From the sequence record DRR723986_4042: a DNA stretch of 32,330 bases; one strand, given 5' to 3'. Shown in pieces: positions 1-8,819 of this stretch. The position numbers and the translations under genes are program-made. Within the stretch, counting starts at the first letter, position 1; each line of letters starts with the position of its first letter. The notes under the pieces are model-generated. The model was not told where the DNA came from. It made no database searches and saw only the letters and a list, made by a program, of their open reading frames with translations.

Positions 1-30
1 GCGAATTACACCACCTGATGGGACGCTACC
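1..30. mobile_element. Terminal inverted repeat of a probable IS256-family insertion sequence (remainder lies left of the window)
   Basis: TTACACCACCTGATGGGACGCTACC (6-30) resembles IS256-family ends as I recall them (TACACCAC-N-GGGAC pattern). It ends exactly where TraG homology begins (31). Confidence 0.6.
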
Positions 31-1508
31 TGGGGCTGGTGATCCCGACGCTCCTGTCTTGGACCGGCAGCGCAGTCATTCACGATATCAAGGGAGAGAA
101 TTGGGACCTGACCTCGGGCTGGCGAGCGGTATTCAGCACCTGCATCAGGTTCGATCCGACCGATCCGGCATCGCCGCGTTACAATCCGCTGCTCGATGTG
201 CGCCGGGGCGAACGGGAGGTGCGAGATGTGCAGAACATTGCTGATATTCTGGTCGATCCCGAAGGCAGTCTCGAACGGCGCAACCACTGGGAAAAGACCG
301 GCCATGCGCTCCTTGTCGGTACGATCCTTCATGTCCTCTACGCTGAGACGGACAAGACTCTGTCGGGGTGTGCGCGGTTCTTGTCTGATCCAGAGCGGAG
401 CTTTGAGGCGACTCTCACCGCAATGATGAACACGAAGCACAAGGGACATTCTGTGCATCCCGTTGTCGCGCAGACGGCCAGGTCGCTGCTGAATAAATCG
501 GAGAACGAGCGCTCGGGTGTCTTGTCGACAGCGCTCAGTTTTCTGGATCTCTATCAGGATCCGGTGGTGGCAACAGTCACTGGCGCGAGCGATTGGCGCA
601 TTGCTGATCTTGTCGGTGCGGACCGGCCTGTTTCGCTCTACCTGGTTTGCCCGCCATCAGATCTGTCTCGCACCAAGCCTCTTATGCGCTTGCTACTCAA
701 CCAGATCGGACGACGGCTGACAGAAGAAAGGCCTGACCCGGCACGGCGGAAACTGCTCCTGATGCTGGATGAGTTTCCGGCGCTCGGACGGCTCGACTTC
801 TTTGAGCAGACTTTGGCGTTCATCGCGGGGTTCGGCATCCGGGCCTACCTGATTGCGCAATCCCTGAACCAGATAGAAAAGGCCTACGGTCCGAACAATT
901 CGATTCTGGATAACTGTCACGTGCGCATCGCTTTTGCGACGAATGATGAGCGGACTGCTAAACGGGTTTCAGAGGCGCTCGGAACGGCGACAGAGCTGCG
1001 CGCGCAAAAGAACTATGCGGGCCACAGGCTGGCGCCATGGCTGGCTCACATGATGGTCTCGCGCCAGGAGACGAGCCGGCCGCTATTGACGCCCGGTGAA
1101 ATCATGCAGCTGCCGGCTGCCGACGAATTGGTCATGGTGTCCGGCGCACCGCCCGTCAGGGCGCAAAAGCTTCGATACTATGCCGACCATAATTTTGCCG
1201 ATCGTGTTCTCGCCTCCGCATCCAAGCAAATCAGTCTGCGTCCTTCACGCGATGAATGGAGCGATACCTGCGTGGCTGATGCGAAGGGCGAAGGTAGTCC
1301 GCAAATTGGCGGTGAGCGCTCGGATGGCGGTTTGGAAACTGTTCCGGAACTTGCCTTGACTCCCGAACTGCGCAGCAAGGACGTTGCCAGCGATGAACAG
1401 CCGGATCTGGACAATACACAGGAGGCCGGTGATGCCGACCACCTGGACGCGGTTCGCCGCGCCGTTGCCATGGATCGCGGCGACAAAGATATGCTGCCGG
1501 ATTTCTGA
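31..1508 (+). pseudogene. traG: Type IV coupling protein TraG/VirD4 (Tn4371-like), 3' portion; apparently interrupted at Walker A
   Basis: Contains GLVIPTLLSW..HDIKGENW, YNPL, Walker B LMLDEF and QSLNQ. The expected upstream APTRSGKGV is replaced by non-homologous ELHHLMGRYL, so the ATG at 18 is not a real start. Confidence 0.8.
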
Positions 1509-1510
1509 TC

Positions 1511-1924
1511 ATGCCCAAACCGCGCGCTAATCTGAGACTGTCACCCAAACTGAATGATGCGCTCTGCGCGGCAGCGGAACGCCCAGGCGTGACGAAGACA
1601 GCGATCCTGGAAGCCGCACTGCAGCAGTTCCTGTTCCCGGAAGAGGATCGGGGGCTGGAAGCGCGACTTATTGGCCGCATGGATGCCTTCGATGCGCGGC
1701 AGGGCCAGATAGAGCGAGACGTCACTCTGACGATGGAGACAATCGCGCATTACGTCTTCTATTGGCTCACGCGTACAGATCCTATTCCGGAAGGGGAGCG
1801 TGATGCGGCTCATGCGCTCGGGCAGCGCCGTTTCGACTTTTTCATCGAACAGGTTGCCCGAAAAGTTTCAGGGCAAGGTTCCTTGGCGGATCGCATTCCG
1901 TTTGACCATGACGATCTGGACTAG
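1511..1924 (+). CDS. CopG/ribbon-helix-helix DNA-binding protein of the type found downstream of traG in Tn4371-like elements
   Basis: N-terminal RHH pattern (RANLRL...KTAILEAAL), C-terminal AHALGQRRFDFFIEQV, and starts 2 bp after the traG stop. Confidence 0.8.
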   Translation: MPKPRANLRLSPKLNDALCAAAERPGVTKTAILEAALQQFLFPEEDRGLEARLIGRMDAFDARQGQIERDVTLTMETIAHYVFYWLTRTDPIPEGERDAAHALGQRRFDFFIEQVARKVSGQGSLADRIPFDHDDLD

Positions 1925-1932
1925 TTCAACGA

Positions 1933-2991
1933 TTAGGCCCTTCGGCCGCGCGCAAAACTGACGATCATGTCCGCACTGAGGTGGGTGTATCGCTTCAGCA
2001 TTTTCCAGTCCTTGTGGCCTGTCACGAGCGCAACCTGTTCGATTTGGAGACCCGCTTCGAACAGTCGGCTGGTCCCTTCATGTCGAAGATCATGAAAGTG
2101 CAGGTCTTCAATCTCTAGTTCCTGACAGGCGCGGCGGAACGCTGTGCCAATCGAACGCGGATTGTATGGGAATACCCGGCCCTTGGTGGGCCGGAATGCG
2201 CGCTGTTCTGCGAGCAATGCCCAGGCGTCATATCCGGTCAGGTCGACCAGCGGCACACGCTGGTCGTTTCCATCCTTGTTGCGAGGATCCTTGCGGTCGC
2301 GGACAAGAACCGTACGCTTGCGCTCATCAATGTCCGACCATTCGATTGAGCAGATTTCTGACTGGCGCATCGCGGTAGCGATCGCGAACTTGACGATCCG
2401 GGCCATGGGTGACTTCAGGCGTTCATTGGATCCGAAGTGAGCGATGAGTTGGTCGAGCTCTTCCTGTGTCGGTCGGCGGTCCCGCTCGCGGCCCTTTCCG
2501 ACAAGGCCGAGCCGGGAGAGAGCCACCCGCGCAAGATCAACTTGTTCGACTTGAAGGGGCACGCCGTGAACAGCGGTCGCATGCAGCATAATGGTCTTCA
2601 GGTAGGAGATATCCATGGCAATGGTGACGGGGCCGGCACCTTCGCTCCGGCGATCCCTTGCGAACTCGATGATCCTCTCGCGCTCGATCTGGTTGAGGCG
2701 CAGGTGGCCGATATCGTCTCTGAGCTTGTTCAGGGAGTAAGCCTTCGAACGGCGCAGCGGTTTGCGTACATCCAGCATGTCGGCGATGTGGAGATCGACG
2801 AGATCGGCAACCGTGTTTATAAGGTCCGGGCGGTGCTTGGAGACGCTTTCTCCACGGTCCACCCGGCGCTCCATTTTGAGCGCCCATTCTTCAGCGTCCT
2901 TGCGGCGCAGGAATGACTGGGAGACATACCGTCCTTTGCGGCGGACCTGTGCCCGCCAATTGCCGGAAGGAAGCTTCGTGATTGACGACAT
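1933..2991 (-). CDS. Tyrosine recombinase/integrase, dusA-associated (Rci-like) family
   Basis: Catalytic residues R (AMRQSEI), HDLRH, GH and Y (KRYTH); N-terminal arm domain (WRAQVRRKG). ATG at 2991 has GGAG upstream. Divergent from dusA. Confidence 0.92.
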   Translation of the reverse strand: MSSITKLPSGNWRAQVRRKGRYVSQSFLRRKDAEEWALKMERRVDRGESVSKHRPDLINTVADLVDLHIADMLDVRKPLRRSKAYSLNKLRDDIGHLRLNQIERERIIEFARDRRSEGAGPVTIAMDISYLKTIMLHATAVHGVPLQVEQVDLARVALSRLGLVGKGRERDRRPTQEELDQLIAHFGSNERLKSPMARIVKFAIATAMRQSEICSIEWSDIDERKRTVLVRDRKDPRNKDGNDQRVPLVDLTGYDAWALLAEQRAFRPTKGRVFPYNPRSIGTAFRRACQELEIEDLHFHDLRHEGTSRLFEAGLQIEQVALVTGHKDWKMLKRYTHLSADMIVSFARGRRA

Positions 2992-2993
2992 TT

Positions 2994-3069
2994 CGTGTGC
3001 GCTCCGTGTGCACAGAGGGATCAAAACCGGTACAAACGTGTGCAAATCAGTGCACACGAATTGCACACG
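2994..3069. repeat. Five CGTGTGC motifs (forward at 2994, 3005, 3037; reverse at 3052, 3063); probable integrase arm-type sites
   Basis: Seen directly. Two pairs are spaced 11 bp apart, between the int start and the att junction. Confidence 0.7.
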
Positions 3070-3102
3070 TTCTCGTTATAGTCCTTTGAAACTACTGAAA
3101 AA

Positions 3103-4086
3103 ATGAATAAAAATCAAGTACATAGATTTTCTGTTGCACCTATGATGGACTGGACTGACCGGCATTGCCGGGCGTTTCATCGGTGCCTGTCGAAACGCGC
3201 GCTGCTGTGGACGGAAATGGTGACGGCGGATGCCGTGATCCATGGTGATCGCCAGCGACTGATCGGCTTTGATGAAGCAGAGCATCCGGTTGTCCTGCAG
3301 CTCGGTGGCAGCGAGCCGCAGAAGTTGGCCGAGGCGGCGCGCATTGCCGAAGGCTTCGGGTATGACGAGGTGAACCTCAATTGCGGCTGCCCGTCCGAGC
3401 GCGTGCAATCCGGCGCATTCGGTGCCTGCCTGATGGCGGAGCCGGACCTTGTCGCGGATTGTGTGGCCGCGATGAAGGCGGCGGTCTTGATTCCTGTGTC
3501 TGTGAAGTGCCGGATCGCCATTGATGACCTGCCAGCGCGGGAGACGCTGTTCACTTTTATCGACAAGGTTTCTGCGGCCGGGTGCGAGATCTTCACCGTG
3601 CATGCCCGCAAGGCCTGGCTCAAAGGCCTGTCGCCGAAAGAGAATCGGGACATCCCGCCGCTCGATTATGGCCTCGTCGCGGAACTGAAAGCTGCTCGGC
3701 CGGATCTGAAGATTATCCTGAATGGCGGCATCCCCGATATCGCAGCGTGTACGGAGCACCTGAAACGGTTTGACGGCGTCATGCTGGGCCGCGCAGCCTA
3801 CCAGACGCCAGCTCTTCTGGGCGCAGTCGACGCGATGCTGTTCGGGGAAGGGGAGGTCTGTTCGCCTTTCGAGGCATTGGAGGCTTATCGCCCCTATATG
3901 GCGGCACGGCTGGAAGAGGGCGTCGGCCTGCATGGCATGACCCGGCATATGTTGGGTCTGTTCAATGGCCGGCCGGGCGCGCGCCTGTGGCGGCGTACCC
4001 TGTCGGAGCATGCACCGCGGCTCGGCGCGGGGTTGGAAGTCCTTGATGCAGCGCTGGAAGCCGTGCGGGATCGTGCTCCTGTCTGA
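3103..4086 (+). CDS. dusA: tRNA-dihydrouridine synthase A
   Basis: APMMDWTDRHCR, QLGG, NLNCGCPS, VHARKAWL, NGG and GVMLGRAAY motifs. Confidence 0.97.
   Translation: MNKNQVHRFSVAPMMDWTDRHCRAFHRCLSKRALLWTEMVTADAVIHGDRQRLIGFDEAEHPVVLQLGGSEPQKLAEAARIAEGFGYDEVNLNCGCPSERVQSGAFGACLMAEPDLVADCVAAMKAAVLIPVSVKCRIAIDDLPARETLFTFIDKVSAAGCEIFTVHARKAWLKGLSPKENRDIPPLDYGLVAELKAARPDLKIILNGGIPDIAACTEHLKRFDGVMLGRAAYQTPALLGAVDAMLFGEGEVCSPFEALEAYRPYMAARLEEGVGLHGMTRHMLGLFNGRPGARLWRRTLSEHAPRLGAGLEVLDAALEAVRDRAPV
3127..3159. other. Approximate att junction within the 5' end of dusA (FSVAPMMDWTD codons)
   Basis: This is the known target region of dusA-associated integrases. Codon third positions switch from A/T-rich to G/C-rich around here. 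The partner att site is outside the window. Confidence 0.6.
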
Positions 4087-4320
4087 TCGTTCTGATCAAC
4101 CATTTCACCGGGCGCGAGTTGTGTTCTGGAGATCGCTGCGGCAGGACGGCTGAACCTGACGGCGCGCGGTTATTCCCGTGTCCTGAAAGTGGCCCGGACC
4201 ATTGCAGACCTTTATGGATTAGATGGTGTACGCCGCGTTCACATCGCCGAAGTGCTCTCTTACCGCCAGCGCCCGGCAGGGCAGGGCGAAGGGATCGATG
4301 CGCAAGCCATGGCGCGTTAG
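4083..4320 (+). pseudogene. comM: comM/yifB (Mg-chelatase-like AAA+ ATPase) remnant
   Basis: Frame 4123-4320 reads VLEIAAAGRLNLTARGYSRVLKVARTIADLYGLDGVRRVHIAEVLSYR...stop, matching the ComM C-terminus. There is no ATG start and an in-frame TGA lies at 4093. Frame 4083 reads LIVLINHFTGREL, resembling an internal ComM segment. Confidence 0.8.
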
Positions 4321-4348
4321 GAAAACGGACGTGAAACACGTGCGCGAT

Positions 4349-4363
4349 TTAAACAAATCCTAA
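4349..4363. promoter_or_regulatory. Possible CtrA box (TTAA-N7-CTAA) upstream of the ShkA-like kinase
   Basis: One mismatch to TTAA-N7-TTAA, in an AT-rich patch ~25 bp before the start codon. Confidence 0.4.
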
Positions 4364-4386
4364 AGCGTCTGTTGCAGGATACCGGC

Positions 4387-5871
4387 ATGACCAAGCCACC
4401 CCTGCTGCCAGGCGAACCGCGCCCCCAAGAAACCTTCCTCGCCGCGGCGAGCCACGAGATACGCACGCCGCTGAACGGGATTCTCGGCACGGTGTCGCTG
4501 TTGCTGGAGACGGAACTGGAACCTGCCCAGCGGGAATATGCTGAAGCCATCCGTCTCAGCGGCTCGCGTCTGCTGGACCTGTTGAACAACGTGCTTGACT
4601 ATGCACGTCTTGATGCATCGGCCATTGAGCTGGAGACCGAAGCGTTCTGCCCAGTACGACTTGGCCGTGAAGTGGTGGAATTGCTGAGCCCGCGCGCGCA
4701 TGCCGCCGGGCTGGATATTGCGGCTCGCGCATCAGACCTGCCGATGCCGTCCTATTCCGGCGATGCGGGCCGCATCCGGCAGATCCTGTTCAACCTTGTC
4801 GGCAATGCGCTGAAATTCACTGAAACCGGCGCCGTCCTGCTGGATATCCTCGCGCATGAGGACGGACTGGAATATCGCATTATCGACACTGGCCCCGGCA
4901 TCGCGCCGGAGGATCGCGAGCGCCTGTTCGAAGCCTTCCGTCAGTCCAGCCGCCAGGATGCTTACAAGGATGGGGGGGTCGGCCTTGGTCTCGCCATCGT
5001 CAAACGCCTGACCGACCTGCTGGGCGGCCAGATCGAAGTGACAGGCGAGCCGGGGCTTGGCACCTGCTTCTCCGTGCACCTGCCCCTGAAGAAGGCCGAT
5101 CTGCCGCCGACGCACGACCTGCCGGTTCTGGATGCCGTTGTGGGGCTGGCTGGTCTGCCGCCGGCGACTTGCCTATCGACCACGGCAGCGCTGATGAATG
5201 CCTCGGCCCATCCCGTACGCATCGACGTATCGTCTGGCCATGTTCCGCCGGAGGTCGACGTCCTGCTGATCGGGGCAGAGCAGTCGGAAGAAACGGTCCG
5301 GGCTCTGGCCCGCAAGGCGCCGGCCCTGATCGTGTTGCGTCCGGAAGACCGGGGCGCCATTGCCCGCTTCAAAGCGATGGGTTGTGTCGGCTGGCTGGTG
5401 CGCCCGCTCAGGGCGTCGTCACTGGTTGAGCGGGTGTTCGTTGTGAAGGCAGGCGGCCTGCCGGTGGAAGAACCTGAAAAGCTGACGGGGGCGGGCCGTG
5501 TGCTGATCGCCGACGACAATCCCGTCAATGCGATGATTGCACGGCGCGCCTTGGAATCGGCCGGATTTACCGTCACAGTCGCCTCAACAGGTATTGAAGC
5601 GCTGGAGGCCGCGAAGAGCATGAATCCCGCCCTGGTCCTGATGGATCTCCGCATGCCCGAAATGGACGGGTTCGAAGCCATGCGCCAGCTGCGCGCCGAA
5701 GGGTCGGATGTTCCGGTGATTGCCGTGTCCGCTGAAGTGAATGGCGATATTGAACGTCAGGCCAAAACAGCCGGGGCCAATGAAGTGGTTGCCAAGCCGA
5801 TTGAACCGCAAGCCTTGCGGGCGCTCGCCATCCGCTGGACGGGCACTGAAGACAAGGCCGGCGCCGCATGA
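4387..5871 (+). CDS. Soluble hybrid histidine kinase (HisKA-HATPase-pseudoREC-REC), ShkA-like
   Basis: H-box SHEIRTPLNG, N-box NLVGNALKFT, G boxes DTGPGI and GGVGLGL, a degenerate receiver, and a canonical receiver (ADDN, MDLRMPEMDG, KP). No sensor or TM domain. Confidence 0.88.
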   Translation: MTKPPLLPGEPRPQETFLAAASHEIRTPLNGILGTVSLLLETELEPAQREYAEAIRLSGSRLLDLLNNVLDYARLDASAIELETEAFCPVRLGREVVELLSPRAHAAGLDIAARASDLPMPSYSGDAGRIRQILFNLVGNALKFTETGAVLLDILAHEDGLEYRIIDTGPGIAPEDRERLFEAFRQSSRQDAYKDGGVGLGLAIVKRLTDLLGGQIEVTGEPGLGTCFSVHLPLKKADLPPTHDLPVLDAVVGLAGLPPATCLSTTAALMNASAHPVRIDVSSGHVPPEVDVLLIGAEQSEETVRALARKAPALIVLRPEDRGAIARFKAMGCVGWLVRPLRASSLVERVFVVKAGGLPVEEPEKLTGAGRVLIADDNPVNAMIARRALESAGFTVTVASTGIEALEAAKSMNPALVLMDLRMPEMDGFEAMRQLRAEGSDVPVIAVSAEVNGDIERQAKTAGANEVVAKPIEPQALRALAIRWTGTEDKAGAA

Positions 5872-7604
5872 CGGAAACGACTGCGAGCGCAGAGCAGGCA
5901 GAGCACAAGCCGCCGCGCGCGCTGAGGGCGTTGAGGGCCCTGAAAGACCGGCGCATGGCCGCGATGCTGATGCTCGCCTTCGCCGCTGGCCTGCCTTATG
6001 GCGCAGTGCTTGGTACGCTGAACGCCTGGCTGACACAGGAAGGCATCAAGCCGTCCACGATCGGTACCTTGTCGATCATCACGCTCGGCTATTCCTTTAA
6101 ATATCTCTGGGCACCTGCGTTCCAGGATGCGTCCTTTCCCATCCGCTGGCTGGGACCGCGGCGCATGTGGCTTCTGGCGTTCCAGGTCCCAATTGCCATC
6201 CTGCTTGGCGTACTGGCCTTCAGCGATCCTTCCAACGCGATTGGTCTTGTTGCGCTGGTTGCCCTGAGCGCAGCGCTGCTGTCGGCGACACATGACATCG
6301 TGCTGGATGCCTGGCGGATCGAGGTGGCACGTTCGGACGAAGACAAGGACCTGATGTCTGCCATCTACCAGCTTGGCTATCGCGCCTCCGGCTTTGTGAC
6401 CGGCTTCGTCGCGCTCTTGCTGGTCGGATATATCGGTTGGCCCCTGGTTTACGGCATGATCGCCCTGATGATGCTGTTCGCGGTGGCAGGCACCTTCGTG
6501 GCGCCCGAACCTGAACAATCAGACGATCCGGCAAATGCCCGGCCGAGCTATCAGTCGAACCTGCCCGAGTCGGAGCGGAACCTGGTAACGTGGGGCATCG
6601 CGGCCGGTTGGCTGACCGCTTTGTGCATGATCGTCTGGTTTGTCTTTGGTGCCCTGACACAGGACCCTCCGCCAAGCGCGAGGGCGTTCGTGACCCAGCA
6701 GGGGCCCGTTATTGTTGCGTTCACGGTTCTGTTCCCGTCTCTGATCGCGGCGGCGCTGCTATTTAGACATGGGCGCGAGCCGGGCACGGTGCTGATCGAT
6801 GGGCCGGGGACAAGCCGGTTGACCCGTACGGTTCGAGTGCTGTTCCGCGCAATCTTCGATCCGCTGATGGACCTGATCGGCCGGCTCGGCTGGGGCGCGC
6901 TGTTCGTGTTGCTTCTGGCCCTGACCTATCGGTTCACCGACGCGGTCTGGGGCGCCTTTGCCTATCCATTCTATCTCGATGACCGCTTCGGCGCGCTGCA
7001 CCATTCCACAGCCGATGTCGCGATCGCGTCGAAATTCTTCGGCATCCTGATGATCATGGCAGGCGCCGCACTTGGCGGTGTCGTCATGGGCATTGTCGGC
7101 CGCATGCCGGTTCTGGTGGCCGGGGCCGTGCTGGCGGCGGTGACCAATCTCCTGTTTGCAGACCTTGCCGCGGGCGGGGCGGCCATCGATGCATTCCTCG
7201 ATTTCACCCATATGGGAGAGCCTCTGCGGGCCTTCGCTGCGGTGGCGGCAGACATATCGCCCGATGCGCATGGCGCGGATGCCGGCCCACGGCTGGCGCG
7301 CCTGATGATGGCAATTGCGGGTGAGAACCTCGCTGGCGGGTTCGCCAGTGTTGCCATCGTTGCCTACCTTACCTCTGTCGTGAATCCGCGCTTTGCAGCG
7401 GTCCAGTATGCCTTGCTCGGGTCTCTGACGATGCTGATCGGGACCTTGGGGCGACCGTGGCTTGGTGAGATCATCGAACAACAGGGTTATTATACGGTCT
7501 TCATCATCACCTTCTGGCTTGGCGGCGTTGCGGTCCTGCTCAGCATTCTGGAATGGTGGCGGCAGGCGCGGGAAGCGCGCGCCGCAAAACAAGAAGACGC
7601 ATGA
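5868..7604 (+). CDS. ampG: AmpG-family muropeptide MFS permease
   Basis: AGLP, FKYLWAP, GPRRMW, SATHDIVLDAWRIE and QYALL motifs. ATGA overlap with the kinase stop. Confidence 0.88.
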   Translation: MTETTASAEQAEHKPPRALRALRALKDRRMAAMLMLAFAAGLPYGAVLGTLNAWLTQEGIKPSTIGTLSIITLGYSFKYLWAPAFQDASFPIRWLGPRRMWLLAFQVPIAILLGVLAFSDPSNAIGLVALVALSAALLSATHDIVLDAWRIEVARSDEDKDLMSAIYQLGYRASGFVTGFVALLLVGYIGWPLVYGMIALMMLFAVAGTFVAPEPEQSDDPANARPSYQSNLPESERNLVTWGIAAGWLTALCMIVWFVFGALTQDPPPSARAFVTQQGPVIVAFTVLFPSLIAAALLFRHGREPGTVLIDGPGTSRLTRTVRVLFRAIFDPLMDLIGRLGWGALFVLLLALTYRFTDAVWGAFAYPFYLDDRFGALHHSTADVAIASKFFGILMIMAGAALGGVVMGIVGRMPVLVAGAVLAAVTNLLFADLAAGGAAIDAFLDFTHMGEPLRAFAAVAADISPDAHGADAGPRLARLMMAIAGENLAGGFASVAIVAYLTSVVNPRFAAVQYALLGSLTMLIGTLGRPWLGEIIEQQGYYTVFIITFWLGGVAVLLSILEWWRQAREARAAKQEDA

Positions 7605-8146
7605 TGGAAGACCAACGTCCCAAAGGTCTTGGCGGTCACTGGTGGCTTTATGTGGCGATGGGTGTGCTGTCGCTGCTGGGCGGCGTGTTCGCCCTGTTAA
7701 ACCCCTATGTCGCGTCGGTATTCGTGCTGCAGCTGGTCGCCTTCCTGTTCATCCTGCTGGGTGTGATGCAGGTGGCCTTTACGCTGCGCTCTCCGTTTGG
7801 CCTGTCCTGGTTCGACGTTGGCATGGGCGTGCTGCAGATCCTGCTCGGCGTCATGCTGGCGACGAATGTGCTGGGCGGGCTCGTTTCGCTGACACTCATC
7901 CTCGCCTTCCTGTTCATGCTGGAAGGCGTGATCCTAGTGCTGGCAGGGACAAATCTGCGCCCGTTCCGGCCCTGGCTGTGGCTGGTGGTTGGCGGGACGA
8001 TCTCGATCCTGCTGGCCGTGTTCGTGCTGATGAATCTGCCGGAAGCAGCGGCCACGCTGCTGGGCCTCCTGCTCGGCATCGACCTCATGTCGAATGGGCT
8101 CTGGCTGGTCGCGGCGGGTCTGATGCTCCGCGAGTTCAGGGACTGA
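7601..8146 (+). CDS. HdeD/DUF308 family membrane protein
   Basis: About 6 hydrophobic helices, LLGLLLGIDLMSNG C-terminal motif, ATGA overlap with ampG. Confidence 0.8.
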   Translation: MMEDQRPKGLGGHWWLYVAMGVLSLLGGVFALLNPYVASVFVLQLVAFLFILLGVMQVAFTLRSPFGLSWFDVGMGVLQILLGVMLATNVLGGLVSLTLILAFLFMLEGVILVLAGTNLRPFRPWLWLVVGGTISILLAVFVLMNLPEAAATLLGLLLGIDLMSNGLWLVAAGLMLREFRD

Positions 8147-8220
8147 ACGGGAAGGGGGCTGGCCCCCCGGACCGGCGCACACTAGGCTCGGCGATCCACT
8201 TCAAAAGCCGGAGCCGTCTC

Positions 8221-8694
8221 ATGAAAACCCTGTTCGCCGCCGCCGCTGTCGCTGTCTTGCCCCTGGCCGCGTGCACGACGCAGGCCGGTGCGCCGATTGC
8301 CGTCGGAACCTCTCAGGCCGAGACGGAAATTGCCGCGATTAGCGCCATGCTGGAAGCGCAGGATGCCGCCTGGAACCGGGGTGACATTGACGGGTTCATG
8401 GAAGGCTACTGGAAATCGCCGGACCTGCGCTTTGCCTCCGGCGGCAATGTCACGCGCGGCTGGAACGAAACCAATGCCCGCTACCACAACACTTATGGCG
8501 GCCCGGAGACGATGGGCACGCTGCTGACCGATGACTATGAAATCGTGCTGCTGAGCGCGGACGCGGCTGTCGCCCACGGCCGGTGGAAGCTGGAAGGCCG
8601 TGAAGGCACACCGTGGGGGCTCTACACGCTGGTCCTGCGCAAGATGGACGGTGAGTGGAAGATCGTTTCGGATATGACTACCTCGGCTGAGTAG
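8221..8694 (+). CDS. NTF2-like DUF4440/YybH-family lipoprotein
   Basis: Signal peptide with lipobox LAAC, AWNRGDIDGFMEGYW and GEWKIVSD. The 7462 start in the ORF track is an overextension. Confidence 0.82.
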   Translation: MKTLFAAAAVAVLPLAACTTQAGAPIAVGTSQAETEIAAISAMLEAQDAAWNRGDIDGFMEGYWKSPDLRFASGGNVTRGWNETNARYHNTYGGPETMGTLLTDDYEIVLLSADAAVAHGRWKLEGREGTPWGLYTLVLRKMDGEWKIVSDMTTSAE

Positions 8695-8788
8695 GGCCAC
8701 CGGCCCGTCATGAAATGACCCCAGGCTGGCGGCTTGGCAGGCCTGCGCTTTGACGGCACAAAGCGGGCAGTCGGCCCCCGCGCGGCCG

Positions 8789-8814
8789 CAGGATCAGGGG
8801 ACAGGATCAGGGGA
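8789..8814 (+). repeat. Perfect tandem duplication of 13 bp (CAGGATCAGGGGA x2) overlapping the RBS region of the ion channel gene
   Basis: Seen directly at 8789-8801 and 8802-8814. Confidence 0.9.
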
Positions 8815-8819
8815 CCGGC

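Larger units (their letters stand above)
1..3159. mobile_element. Right-hand part of a dusA-integrated genomic island (ICE/IME-like)
   Basis: Integrase abutting the dusA 5' end, conjugation-related traG and copG, and an AT-rich first ~13 codons of dusA. Confidence 0.85.

Noticed and set aside
4119-4334. 71-aa ORF after dusA
   Set aside because: Wrong frame; the recognisable ComM homology is in the frame at 4123-4320.
7462-8220. N-terminal extension of the 410-aa ORF
   Set aside because: It overlaps the HdeD gene in another frame. The signal peptide and RBS place the real start at 8221.
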